64,000 nt of DNA from NCBI GenBank assembly GCA_951406725.2, contig OX597821.1, forward strand, positions 42,532,001 to 42,596,000, in the 5' to 3' direction. Position 1 is the first letter of the stretch, and every line of letters begins with the position of its first letter. The notes beneath the pieces were generated by a model that did not search any database, was not told the DNA's origin, and saw nothing but the letters and a program-made list of their open reading frames with translations. This document shows, piece after piece, positions 52,798 through 64,000 of this stretch. The stretch comes from Octopus vulgaris. Taxonomy: Eukaryota. The position numbers and the translations under genes were made by a program.

Positions 52798-53355
52798 GGA
52801 TCTTTTCCTTTTGAACGGCACATGTCAACACAATTTCTAGTTAACTAAACACTTTAAAACTTCGTATACTGGTAGAATGTGTAAAAATAAAACATTTTTT
52901 CTCTTGGCTTTCTTGAGAAAATTGTAATTCGTTTGTTTAATGTAGTTTAATTTTTCGAATTTTAACCAATGAATCGTCTCTAGTGAGCTAAAATCATTTG
53001 CTGCGTCTAAAACTGAGACAACATCCTGTCACTAACCCTAACCCTAACCCTAAATTTTTTTTTTCTTGTTAAATTAATTTGTTACGCGTGTAAATTGTTA
53101 TCCTTAAATTAATTTAACAATTAAGAAAAGAAAAATTAGGGTTAGGGTTTAGTGACAGGATGTTTGTTTTAGACGCAGCAAATGATAGGTTAAAATTCGA
53201 AAAATTAAACTACGTTAAACAAACGAATTACAATTTTCTCAAAGCCAAGAGAAAAAAATGTTTTATTTTGACACATTCTACCAGTATACGAAGTTTTAAA
53301 GTGTTTAGTTAGCTAGAAATCGTGTTGTCATGTGCCGTTCAAAAGGAAAAGATCC
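52798..53355. mobile_element. Fully palindromic fold-back MITE with telomere-type repeats
   Basis: Perfect 8-bp TSD GGGATCTG (52790-52797 and 53356-53363), GGATC...GATCC ends, ~270-bp mirrored arms carrying (CCCTAA)3 and (TTAGGG)2. Confidence 0.9.
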
Positions 53356-56118
53356 GGGATCTGTTATATTTTTCGTTTTAGAATTTTCAGTTGACTAATC
53401 GACCCCAGAATTTTTTAGATTTTCAATCAGCGCATGAAGTTAGGCCTAGACGGTCTCACGAACATGCTAGAAATAACGGCCAAATCTCTTTTTATAACTC
53501 GGTTCTATTTTTTGGTTATTCTCTAATCGTTTTACTGGTTTCATTCACTGGACTGCAGCCTTGAATTTTCAGTCGAATGTATCGATCCCAGAATCTTTAA
53601 ATTTTCAATTAGCACACAGGTCTCTCCACATGCCTTTTTGTGTTACGCAAACAAAAACGGAAATCGCAATTGTAAAAAATTATTTTCCAAAATTCCAATT
53701 AAACAAAATAGTCAATCGAAAAACAGTGTCAAAGTAGCTGTCCCTCACAATGCTATGTTCCCTGTGCTTCAATTATTTTTCCTCGTTTTTAGAATTTTAA
53801 AGATTGAAAATAAATCAACCGTAACATCAATAATAGAATAATTGAACAGACTCTTTACTACTCAATGTACATATTGTCTGAATTCTAACAAAAGGGAAAA
53901 CATTTACTTCTAGAAATGTGTAGAAACAAAAACGATAAGTACGTTTGAATGACTAGCATTCGGCGCCATAATTCTGTTAGACCTTCATCGGCCGGAGAAA
54001 ATTCAAAAGGTCAACTTATTCTCATTATCTGTAAGTGCTGAGAAAAGAAAAACAAACTTTAAATTTTAAAATGCTGATTTTTTTTTTTTTTTTTTTTTTT
54101 TTTCCCGACCAAAAGTTCAAGCTGGTGCCCCAGCATGGCCGCAGTCCAATGACATAGATTTTTACAAAATAAAATGGATTATAAAAATATTTCAAGATAT
54201 TTGGCTTTTATTTCTAGCATGTGGAGATACCTTCATGTGATGGTTGAGTTCTGGGGTCGTTACATTCGACTAAAAACTCAAGGTGGTACCCCAGCATGGC
54301 CGCAGTTTAATGACTGAAACAAAAGGTTAAAAAATCGAAAAATAATCGGAAAATATAACTGGGTCTTTTGGAAATGTCTGAAATTCACTGAAAACGCTTT
54401 ACATTTCGAGCATCTCCAAATGGTATCAAGGTATATTGAACCCGCCCCATGATACACAATTTGTCATTGTTTCGCATGCGTTTTTTATTTATTTATTTAT
54501 TGAATACATATTCAGCTTAGTATTTTGTTTGAGAAAATTGAAAGTTAATGCTTTCATTATCGCATTTTATTTGCCTCGGGTTAATTTTTCTCTAACGGAA
54601 AAAAAAATAGGACAAATCTTGATTCGTTGATTCTTTTGATATTCAAAACTTTGGCAAAGTGACTGCAGCACTGCGTCAAAAGAATATTCCACGGCCACCA
54701 ACTAATCTTTAAGGAAATTAATGTGGCATACTAAACTAAAAAATCACAATAAGGCGAACTTCGAGTATTAGAGCCCCACTTTGTCAAACTGCCATTTCGT
54801 TTGGAGATCGTCGATTTGGGACTAAACAGACAGATGTCTTTTGTACAAAATGTTTAAACTCGTTGGCGAATTTCTTTTGACTGAAATGTTCCAACGAATG
54901 GGATTGCCTTTTTATAAAGTAATTGGAAGCAGGCGATAACATTAGATTGGGGCTAAGAATAAATGGAACTTAATAAATTTTCCTAGGAGAAAAACGTAGT
55001 GAGATAGATAGGGAGACCTGTTTAAAGTTAACTTGCGAGATCTTAATAGCAGCAGTTTGGCAATTAAAGTAGACAACTCATATTGAAGATCACTCAAAAG
55101 CAGTGTTGTTTCTCTTCGTGTAAATGTAAAAACGCTGTGAGTGACTCCACTTTCACTTTGTCAATCAGCAGGTAGCGTCATTTTGTTCAGCGGCCGAGTT
55201 TTCTTTTCTTTCTTTCTCATTCAAGCTTTGTGAGCTCTCGTGGGAGGAGGATATGGTTGCGTCAGATCGTTTAAGAAATGAAATATGGATTTTTTACCAT
55301 TTTTCTCTTCTGTTAAAGAACTTTTGGCCTTTTAGCTTTTATTTGGTCTTTGACTAGTTAATCACTGACGACCATTAGTTATTGCAGTAATTGCTTTTCT
55401 CTCCCGAGTTTCTTGCTTCGACATGGATGGATTTAACCTGACATTTTTCTACTGCTGAGGAACAAAAGAGAAACTGAAATACTAAATTCACATTAATGGT
55501 TTAAAAACTAATGCAAATGACTCATTAAAAGAATTATATTTAGTGGATCGCAAACTCGGATTTGAATAGCCTGCAAAATATTTTCTTGGAATAAACGATA
55601 GGAAGAGTATTTGGAAACAAAATTCTTGTAAATAATAAAAATTTAACATTGTAATATTTTGTAAAAGGAAAATTTCTACATGCTTTTTTAAAATTTTATT
55701 AATACTAACTAAACGAATTGTGCCATTTCCAATTGAGGTGATTAAACACCATCTTGGTTTAGGCAAATTGCTGATCCAATACGAGTGGAGTTGTAGAAAT
55801 GCGTCCTTTGAAGTTCCATACCTCATAGGAAAGGGAAAGTGCAGTATTCATCCGGTCACCATTCTTTGCCTACAATAGAAATTACGATTCTGAATATTTT
55901 TTCCGGAGATCATTTTTTACATCTTTGCCCCCATTTTCCATACGTTTGCCACGAGATATGAGACTCCAGGCGACAACTGTTATGAATCTTAGTCCAAATG
56001 CATTTCACTCGAGACCTTCCCGCACTTCCTGTACGTTGTGGGAATGTTTAAACGTGGAATTTTCACATCCCTCTCCCCCAATTTTATTAAACTGCCTTAA
56101 ACAGTAATCCGAATGTAA

Positions 56119-56622
56119 TCTATATATATAAAACTGTAGTTGTGTGAGTGTCTGTCCCCTTCGATTTAGATTCCTAGCTACTCCCACATTTTGCGGTGCA
56201 GTTTAACCAAATTCGGGTATCTTATAGTCGTGATTCATATCGAGCCCGTCTGAGTATTAGCGCGCGTCTACGATGAGTCTACGATTTTAAAAATAATTGA
56301 ACATCATTTTTTATTCCATTTTAATGCATAATTTTTCGTGTGTCGATGGCGGCGGAGTTGGCGTCCATGGTCACACCTGCACGCTTTTCCCCCTTCTTCC
56401 CTCCCTCGTGAAGCTGTGGGGAAGGGAGTGTAAGGAAATCAACGTCGTAAAGCGTTGTCAAGGAGACCAGCGTTCTCTTAGAACGACTTCATGGCTTGAA
56501 GACACCAAAACAGAAATGGCTAAGAAAGCCCGAATTGGCATCTATAAGGGAAGTAACTCTCTAAAAATGCTTATATAGTTATTTCCCTTACAAACCCGAG
56601 CAACGCCGGGCGATACTGCTAG
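56119..56622 (+). mobile_element. Non-autonomous Helitron
   Basis: A|TC 5' end, subterminal hairpin CCCG-agcaacgc-CGGG and 3' CTAG|T; inserted between A and T with no TSD. Confidence 0.85.
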
Positions 56623-56702
56623 TGTTTTATAAATGTATTTTATATCAGATGGCTGAAAATGTCTTCTAACAGCTGTATGTTTTCAGGATAATCTTGTCTA
56701 TA

Positions 56703-57062
56703 TTTAGGCACAAGGTCTGAAATGTTTTGCGAGGAATATAGTCGATTACATCTACTCCAAAGGACGAAGGGCAAAGTTGACGTCGGCACAACTTGAACTT
56801 AACGTAAATCCGCAAGAACTACCGCTAAGCATTTTGTTCGGCACGCTAATGATTCTGCTAGCTCGCTGCCTTAAGTTGTCAATGTAATATTCAACAATGG
56901 TTTCAAATTTTGGCTCAAGGCTTGCAATTTTTAGAGGAAGGCGTATAGTCGATTACATCCACCTCCGTAATCGACTGTTATTTTATTGATCCCGAAAGGA
57001 TGGAAGACAAAGTGAACTCGGCATTTCTTCTGGCTCACTACATTCTGCCAGCTCGCCGCCTT
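56703..57062 (-). mobile_element. Two degenerate SINE family A copies
   Basis: Both end in ...CTGC.AGCTCGC.GCCTT, the reverse complement of the SINE A head. Confidence 0.75.
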
Positions 57063-57174
57063 GTTTCCACTTGTGAATGCACTAACACTAATTTACTCAA
57101 TGGAAGAAATATCTCTGGGTGCGTGGTAAATTTTTAAATGTCCGTAATTTTACTAAACATAATTAGCATATATT

Positions 57175-57885
57175 CTTTTACTTGTTTCAGTCATTTGACT
57201 GCGACCATGCTAGAGCACCGCCTTAATGGGTGTTAGTCGAAGAAATCGACCCCAGGACTTATTCTTTGTAAGTCTAGAACTTATTCTATCGGTCTCTTTT
57301 GACTAACCGCTAAGTTACGGGAGCATAAACGCCAGCATCGGATGCCAAGCGATGGACACACATACGACTAGCTTCCTCCAGTTACCGTCTACCATATCCA
57401 CTCAATGCTTTGGTCGGTCCGCGGCTATAAAAGACACTTGCCCAAGGTGCCACGCAGTGGGACTGAATGTAGTTGAGAAGCAAGCTACTTACCACACAGT
57501 ATAACTAACTTTGCAGTGCCTCTCGAATTCAATGACTTAAGAACCATTGCCTCGGTTTCTGATTTTTAAAAATAATGATCTGGTGTGGCTGTGTGGTAAG
57601 AAGCTTGCTTCCCAACCACATAGTTCCGGGTTCAGTCCCACTGCTTGAGACCTTGGGTAAGTGTTTTCTGTAGCCTCGGACCGACCAAAGCCTTATGAGA
57701 GGATTTGATACAGAAACCCGTCGTGTGTGTGTGTATCAACCATCGCTTGACACCAATCTTGGTGTGCTTACGTCCCTGTAACTTAGTGGTTCGGAAAAAA
57801 AGACCGACATGAGTACTAGGCTTACAAAGAATGTCTTGAGGTCGATTTCTTCGACTGATTGCAGTCAAATGATTGAAACGAGTAC
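57175..57885. mobile_element. Head-to-head pair of SINE family B copies
   Basis: Minus copy ~57175-57500 and plus copy ~57581-57885. Confidence 0.8.
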
Positions 57886-59119
57886 AAGTTAAATGGGGAT
57901 AATCCACGTTTAAATGAATTTTCGCATAATGTCGGTCTACTTATTTTTGCCTAATTGTCTGTCGGATTATGCGACTACTTTAGAAGTTGGCTCGTTATAA
58001 TGAAGAAAAGCAAATCTTTATGTAAACGTAGGATTGTTTGATTCACCACACTTGCTGGTACTTTCACCCATCAATGCTAAAATGTTCTTTTTGTGTCAGC
58101 GTTACAACCCATCAAAAGAAATTGTTCCCATTGATGAATGGGCTGTTCAAAATATTTTACGTCTGGTTGTGTGGGAAAAAAAACTTTAAGGTGAAGGTAT
58201 TTTATAAACTACGTCATTTTATAGTCCTTCTGTCGGTCTGTTGACCCACTTCTATCACTGCCGGATGTTCTTAAATATATTATCTGTAGAGTAGGCAGAC
58301 TGATGTTTGTATTAGATCGTCTCTAGTACTTTCTTCCTCGTAAAGTAATTCTTAGTAATAAAGAGTTGGGTTCAGTGTTGGACAGTTTGGGGCAAAAGGC
58401 TCCAGATATTTGATTGTTGTGAACCATTGTAAGCAATAAGACTTATCTTACGAAATTGTCTCGCCATTGAATATGAATTAATGAAATCTTTCTTGTTTTA
58501 TTTCTTCTATTACATTGTTTTTGTTTGGGTACTAATTAGCAGTAGTTATTACCGCTTCAATGAAGTAACCTCCAACATTCGCACGACTTGTTAGAAATAA
58601 CCTAATCTCCCTTAAATCCTACTTGTTTTCTTTTAAACTGGAACTACAATTAATTTTAAATTTTCTGTACAGAAAAGACGATAGTTGCGATTGGAGCACA
58701 TTTTTGGTGACGACGTACATATTTTATTAAATCTTTTTACTCCTCGCAAAGAAGAATGAATATATTTTAATTTGTAGACAGCTTGAAACAATCTCGACGT
58801 TGTCTTCTATTACAACTCCATTCACATTAGAGGAATTGAAATCGACCCCAGTAATTGGCTGGCCTTGTAATTTTTATAACTATCATAGTTATAATACACC
58901 TAGTTTGAGACCATGTTAAGTTTTAAATAAAACCTGTAGGACCTCTTACATAACTCCTTGGCCCTGCTCTATTAAACAGCAACCAATTTTTCCAACCTAT
59001 ATCTGATGATGGTGCGGCATATTCTGATCTGTAGCTTGTACCTAATACTTAGGTTGTTTACTCACTTACCTACCACACACTTAATGTTTATTGTAAGAAA
59101 CCTCGGTTAATATTTATTT

Positions 59120-59896
59120 TAACACCCGGCCACCAAAACAGTGTAATGGGTGTAAAAAAAAAAAATGTAATTAGCAAATATGAAGACAAATTTGCGCCAA
59201 CGAACCGGGGGTGATGGAGAGGACTTTCGGAAAATTCACAAGATCCGATTTTTTCCCCTCATAACGTTTAGGAAAATGGATATCTTTGAAATTTTATAGA
59301 AATACCTTTTCAAACAGCATAGATTTATACGATTATAAAGAAATTTCTGGGGAACATTTTTTCCGAGGTGGTGGGGAGAGCACTTTCGAAGAGAAAGAAA
59401 TATTTTTTTTTTTTTGCTTGGGTCCAATGGAAAACTTTGAAAAATTTTCAATTCATTTTTCATATGAGTAAAATGTTTTAAAAAAGATCCCATGTATTGT
59501 GAGAGAAACAAATTCATAAATACGATGTTGAATATGGTTTCCCTATGAAAAAAGTTAAGGTCGATTTAGCTGTTTTAGCACATCTTCACCATTGGGATCT
59601 TTAAAAAAAAAAAACTGAGTCGTTGGTCAGTCGGACACTGCCCGAGGGCCCGGAGCGCTGAAGAGCACGCACTCTACAGGTTAACTCTAAAACACATTCA
59701 AAGGGACCCGGTAAAGTTATGCCCGAGGGCTCTTAATACTCTGTCCGCCCCTGCTCAAACGCAAGATAAATGAAGCTTTTTTTTTTTTTTAAAAAAAAAA
59801 CTGAAGTCGGATTCGTTGCAGATTTTTTCATATTCGTTTAATACGCATTTTTTACATATTACTTTTTTTCTTTTTTTTTTTTGTAGCCGGGTGTTT
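59120..59896. mobile_element. MITE with AACACCCGGC / GCCGGGTGTT termini and a nested GC-rich insert
   Basis: Terminal inverted repeat in a T/A-rich (TTAA-like) context. The interior matches the 49800-51272 repeat family, and an unrelated GC-rich block lies at ~59620-59755. Confidence 0.55.
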
Positions 59897-62800
59897 AAGT
59901 AAACATTAACAGAAACTTCTGTTTAGTCTCACTACTTGGCACTAGTTTAAGCGAAAATGTTTAAAACTTTCTCTCAACTTGAAATTTTTTTTACTCTGCC
60001 TCTTTGAGGTTTTGATTTCTTTTGACATCAGCTACAAAATTTTGATTTTAAAAAAAATCACTGTTTATGTCGGTTTTGTACACAATATTTCACTTGAATT
60101 TTGTAATTTTCATATTTTAAATAGAACTATATCAATATTTTTATTTCAGAAATTTGAACTAATCCTTTCAACTGATAAAATACCAAATCTACATAAAGCT
60201 CTTACTAAAAATAAGCAATTAATGTCGATACTGTGTAGAAATCTTTTTTTAATTCCAATTTCACTGTCTTTTATCAATGTGGGTTTCAAACGTTTTTATT
60301 GATTTCAACTGCACAATTCAGTTACAAAACTGTTTTAATTCCCTGCCATACAGTCATCGTACACTGTTAGATAACATTTTAAACGTTTTTATTCTTCTGG
60401 GAATATAAAGATTGTCTAAATATTTGCAATGATACGTTCTACAGACAAATCTGTAAAAACATTTCAAATTAAGTTTAACCTGGTAACAGCCAAATTGTTT
60501 CTAGTGTCTTTTAAGTAGAAAGCTGAAGTGGTTTTGATTTACGTCATTTGTACCAAATATAAACTTGTTTATAATTGTGCCGTTCATGCTTTTTTATAAC
60601 TATCATAGTTATAATACACCTAGTTGTATGTACTAACAAGGACACTCACTACCCTTGGCTCTATTCCATCTCAGATTTTAAAAATCTTTTTAACTAAGCA
60701 ATTTGAAACTTCGAATGCTGGTAGAATTTCTCACGTAGAATACGGTTTACTCTGAACGTTTTTGACAATTTCGTATTTTAGAAGTTATTTCGTGTTCAAG
60801 TTGTAATATAACTAGCGCTACATAACCATGCAAACGATGTGCTATATATTTTAGATGTTCACATAAACACCTGACAGCTACAATGTTTTTCTCAGTAATA
60901 TTGGAGGCGTTATCTATTGTAGTTAGTTCGTGTATCTCCATATTAAATACAATAACTTGAAATAAACAGGAAAAAGGTTTTCTCGCAAGCATGAGAAACA
61001 ATTCAGACTAGTTTTGCTGTTACTAGAACTTCAAGAATAGCTTTCTCTACACTTAGTGATAACTGTAACAGCAAGTAAACAATAGCTTAACACATTTGAA
61101 CATTTTAATGACCTTAGTTACCATATGCTTTTGACAATAGTACGTCGTGAAGTTTATAAAATAGATACCCTTCTGTTTAGCATGGAGCTTACGCAACACT
61201 TTAGTCTCTGGGATCAGATGTTTCTTTCATCAGATTTTCACTTCCTTAGAAATGACCTGTTCCTTGTTCATGTCTTGCTGCCTCTCGGGTTCCTGATTCA
61301 TTGTCTTTGTCACTCATATTGTCCCTGGCCATTGCACTAACCACCATCACATCTTTCCTCCCTACCATATGACGTTGGAATTCCTTTTTCCATGTTTACC
61401 TTGCTGTTAATTTACATCTATTCAAGAACATTTTGTAATCCTCTCTCTATGCAGTTCCCCAACTTTGCCCAGTTTATAAAATAAAAGGACTACTGTAATT
61501 AGTGTTTTCTCATCTTCAAATTTACCACTAGGCTTCATTTACTTAAATGTTTTCATTTGTTAATCTCATTTATACTTTAATAAGGTATTAGTTGCATTTA
61601 TGCAGCTGGTGGTGTATTCTCCTATATAACTCTTAGTAGCTGCATCTATTTAGATGCAATTTGGTACCATATTAGATAATTTTAAAGTTTGGAATAGATT
61701 GTTTCTACACTCTTGAGAAAGGCCTCGTGTTACCAAATCATTCTATTTTAGCCTTGTACTTGAAAAAAACTTATCAGATGCTTTGTATTTGACAAGACTG
61801 GTTTAAAACTTGAGGATATTTGCTTAAAAAATTACCTAAACTTTGACAAAAACACATTCCAATATTGTACATTGACTTGTGTGACTGGTTTAGTGGCATT
61901 TTAAATTCAAGCACTAAATGTAATTAGATGGCTTATGTTTCAGCAGATTTTAATGTAAATATAGTAATTGCTAGTGTTTCATAAGAGATCAACTTCTTAA
62001 AGGTGGCTCCGTTCATACACTCAATTTATTGGTGTGACTCGGGGACCCTGTTTTTTTTTTTTTGTTTTTTACATTTTGTCAACTGAAAGCACTCGGGTAA
62101 ATAAGCCGGTGTAGTATGTTTATCTACATTAGTTCAAGATGGAACACATACACAAGACATTGAGTGATGTTCCACTGCAAACATTTCAATCTCATTTAGA
62201 TTTCATTTGTTGGAAGATTTTCAGATGAAATGAGCAAAGTTTCCTTATTACATTTTTAAATGATAGCCATGTTGTATACAAATAGTCACAGTATTGTTTC
62301 TAGTATGAAATTTTTTAAAAAATCAATAAGTTTAAATGTTTAACTTGCTCCTCTAATTGCAAATTTATTACAATTTTGAATGTAGATGACAAGCTAGTCT
62401 AGATTTAAGTTGCTGTACATCACATACAACACTGGCACCAATAAATCTAACAAGAGTTCAAGGATATTGTTTAAAACTCCAGTAAACAGATTTTCATGTG
62501 CACTGATGTATTTACCAATTGATAAATCATGTGCTTGGTGAACAATAAGAATTTAAATGACTTGCATATTAATTTTTAATGTATTGTGGCGGAAATAAAT
62601 ACAGAAGCAAATGACTTTATATCAACTTTAATCCTTCACTAATTAACAACCCAAGTATAAAATAGTTGTCCTTGGGACATGAGGGCTGGGCTAAATCACT
62701 GTAGAACATATTCTGATCTCTACTGATTCTGCCTTTTAGTTTTTATTTAACTTAGTTTTGACCGTTACTGGTCCAGGCCATGTCTAACTTAATAGCATCA

Positions 62801-64000
62801 ATGGAAGTTTTCATTTGCATCAGTTATGACCTTTGCAAAACCTGTTTTGAATTGAAATTTCCATTTGTACAAGCAACATCTTTGATCTTTCAGTAATATT
62901 TTTTTAACATAACTTATTTTTTGTGTTTTGACAGTTTCACTTTGTAGATTAGAGAGGCTTGCTTGTCACTGAAATTGAAAGTTAATTATATATAAGCATA
63001 GTATAATACTTTTTTATAGCCACTTAACCCTGTTGGATTAGAGAGGGTGGATGGTTTGTATTCATTCCTGTGTAACTGCATTTGCAAAGCCTAAACTATT
63101 TACAGCTTTGATCTAATTCTCAAGTCCACAGCTGTAACCAGTATTTCTTGTATTCCTGCAGGTATTGGCATTACTGGTCGAAAACCATGTACTTTTACAT
63201 CAGTCATTGCTTTTGATGTTCAACTTTCTCAACTTGGCATTCATCCTTTCTCATTAACATTGCTCCTCTTTATCAGGCCATACTCATTCACTTATTTTCC
63301 TCCTATAACTACGATTGATGAGCTATGTATTATAGTTTTAACTGGGGCTAGTTTTAAATTTACATTGTGTGAATTGTTTAAACAAGTTGTTCTATACTAG
63401 TTAAGACTTGATTTTGTGTTGCATCTCTATATTATCTTCCTTAATTATGCATTATTAAAACTTTGAACAGTTAATCTTTGACTTGAAATATATAAATGCA
63501 ATGACTTTTATACAATTAGTGCATTCTATAATGACTTGACAGCATTCACCTGGGGTGGGTTGAGCTGGCTTCATTCATCCTCAATGCTGCATCTCACAAA
63601 CGCCGACCAGGCCTGGCGATTTGAGGCTAACGACCGCGTGATCTCCAACCACTCCCTATTCCATGCATTCTATAACGTCTGTAGAATTAAATTTTATTTC
63701 TCTTGCCTGCTATCTTCTAGTTAAGCATTCAGTTTAATGAAGGGGGGGATATTTTGGTATTTTTATTGTGATAAAATAATTTTGCTGTGGCACCAGAATT
63801 GTGAATACAATAATTTGACTAATGTAGGCTGGCAAGTAAGGATGTATATTTGTTCCATAAAGTTTTGGAATTGATTTGATTCACTTAGAACACATTTGAG
63901 ATTTGTTACTGTAGACTTTCCAATCATATTGAAATTAAATTTGTTAATCCAATACAGACTGTTCGTCCTTCCCTCCCTCCATTGTATCAATATAAATTGA

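Noticed and set aside
62920-63200. Possible splice acceptors (TTTTGACAG near 62930, TTCCTGCAG near 63160) for the plus-strand gene
   Set aside because: No convincing downstream ORF or donor; cannot be supported without transcript data.

Overview
AT-rich, microsatellite-dense eukaryotic DNA. The SINE families and (TATG)n/(GATA)n/(TA)n load suggest a mollusc, probably an octopus-like cephalopod (inference). I found no intact host protein-coding exon, and most listed ORFs are microsatellite artefacts. The window appears to be a ~46 kb transposon-filled interval between two divergent TATA+Inr+splice-donor first-exon candidates (minus strand ~1.3 kb, plus strand ~47.6 kb), followed by probable intron. 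Mobile elements seen: Penelope-like retroelements (PLEs, GIY-YIG), a Tx1/L1-like LINE split by a 52-bp satellite, a CR1-like LINE, a Gypsy pol relic, DD37D Tc1/mariner, Tigger/pogo, hAT, a Helitron, MITEs carrying TTAGGG repeats and two SINE families. The strongest signals are: (i) minimal hammerhead ribozyme motifs at PLE-type 3' ends, one fully canonical (14831-14921) and one with a G3:C8 compensatory core swap (40879-40928); (ii) a ~980-bp near-perfect PLE palindrome; (iii) a fold-back element whose loop contains a 93-bp antisense copy of a LINE ORF1 located 1.3 kb away. All alignments were done by eye.
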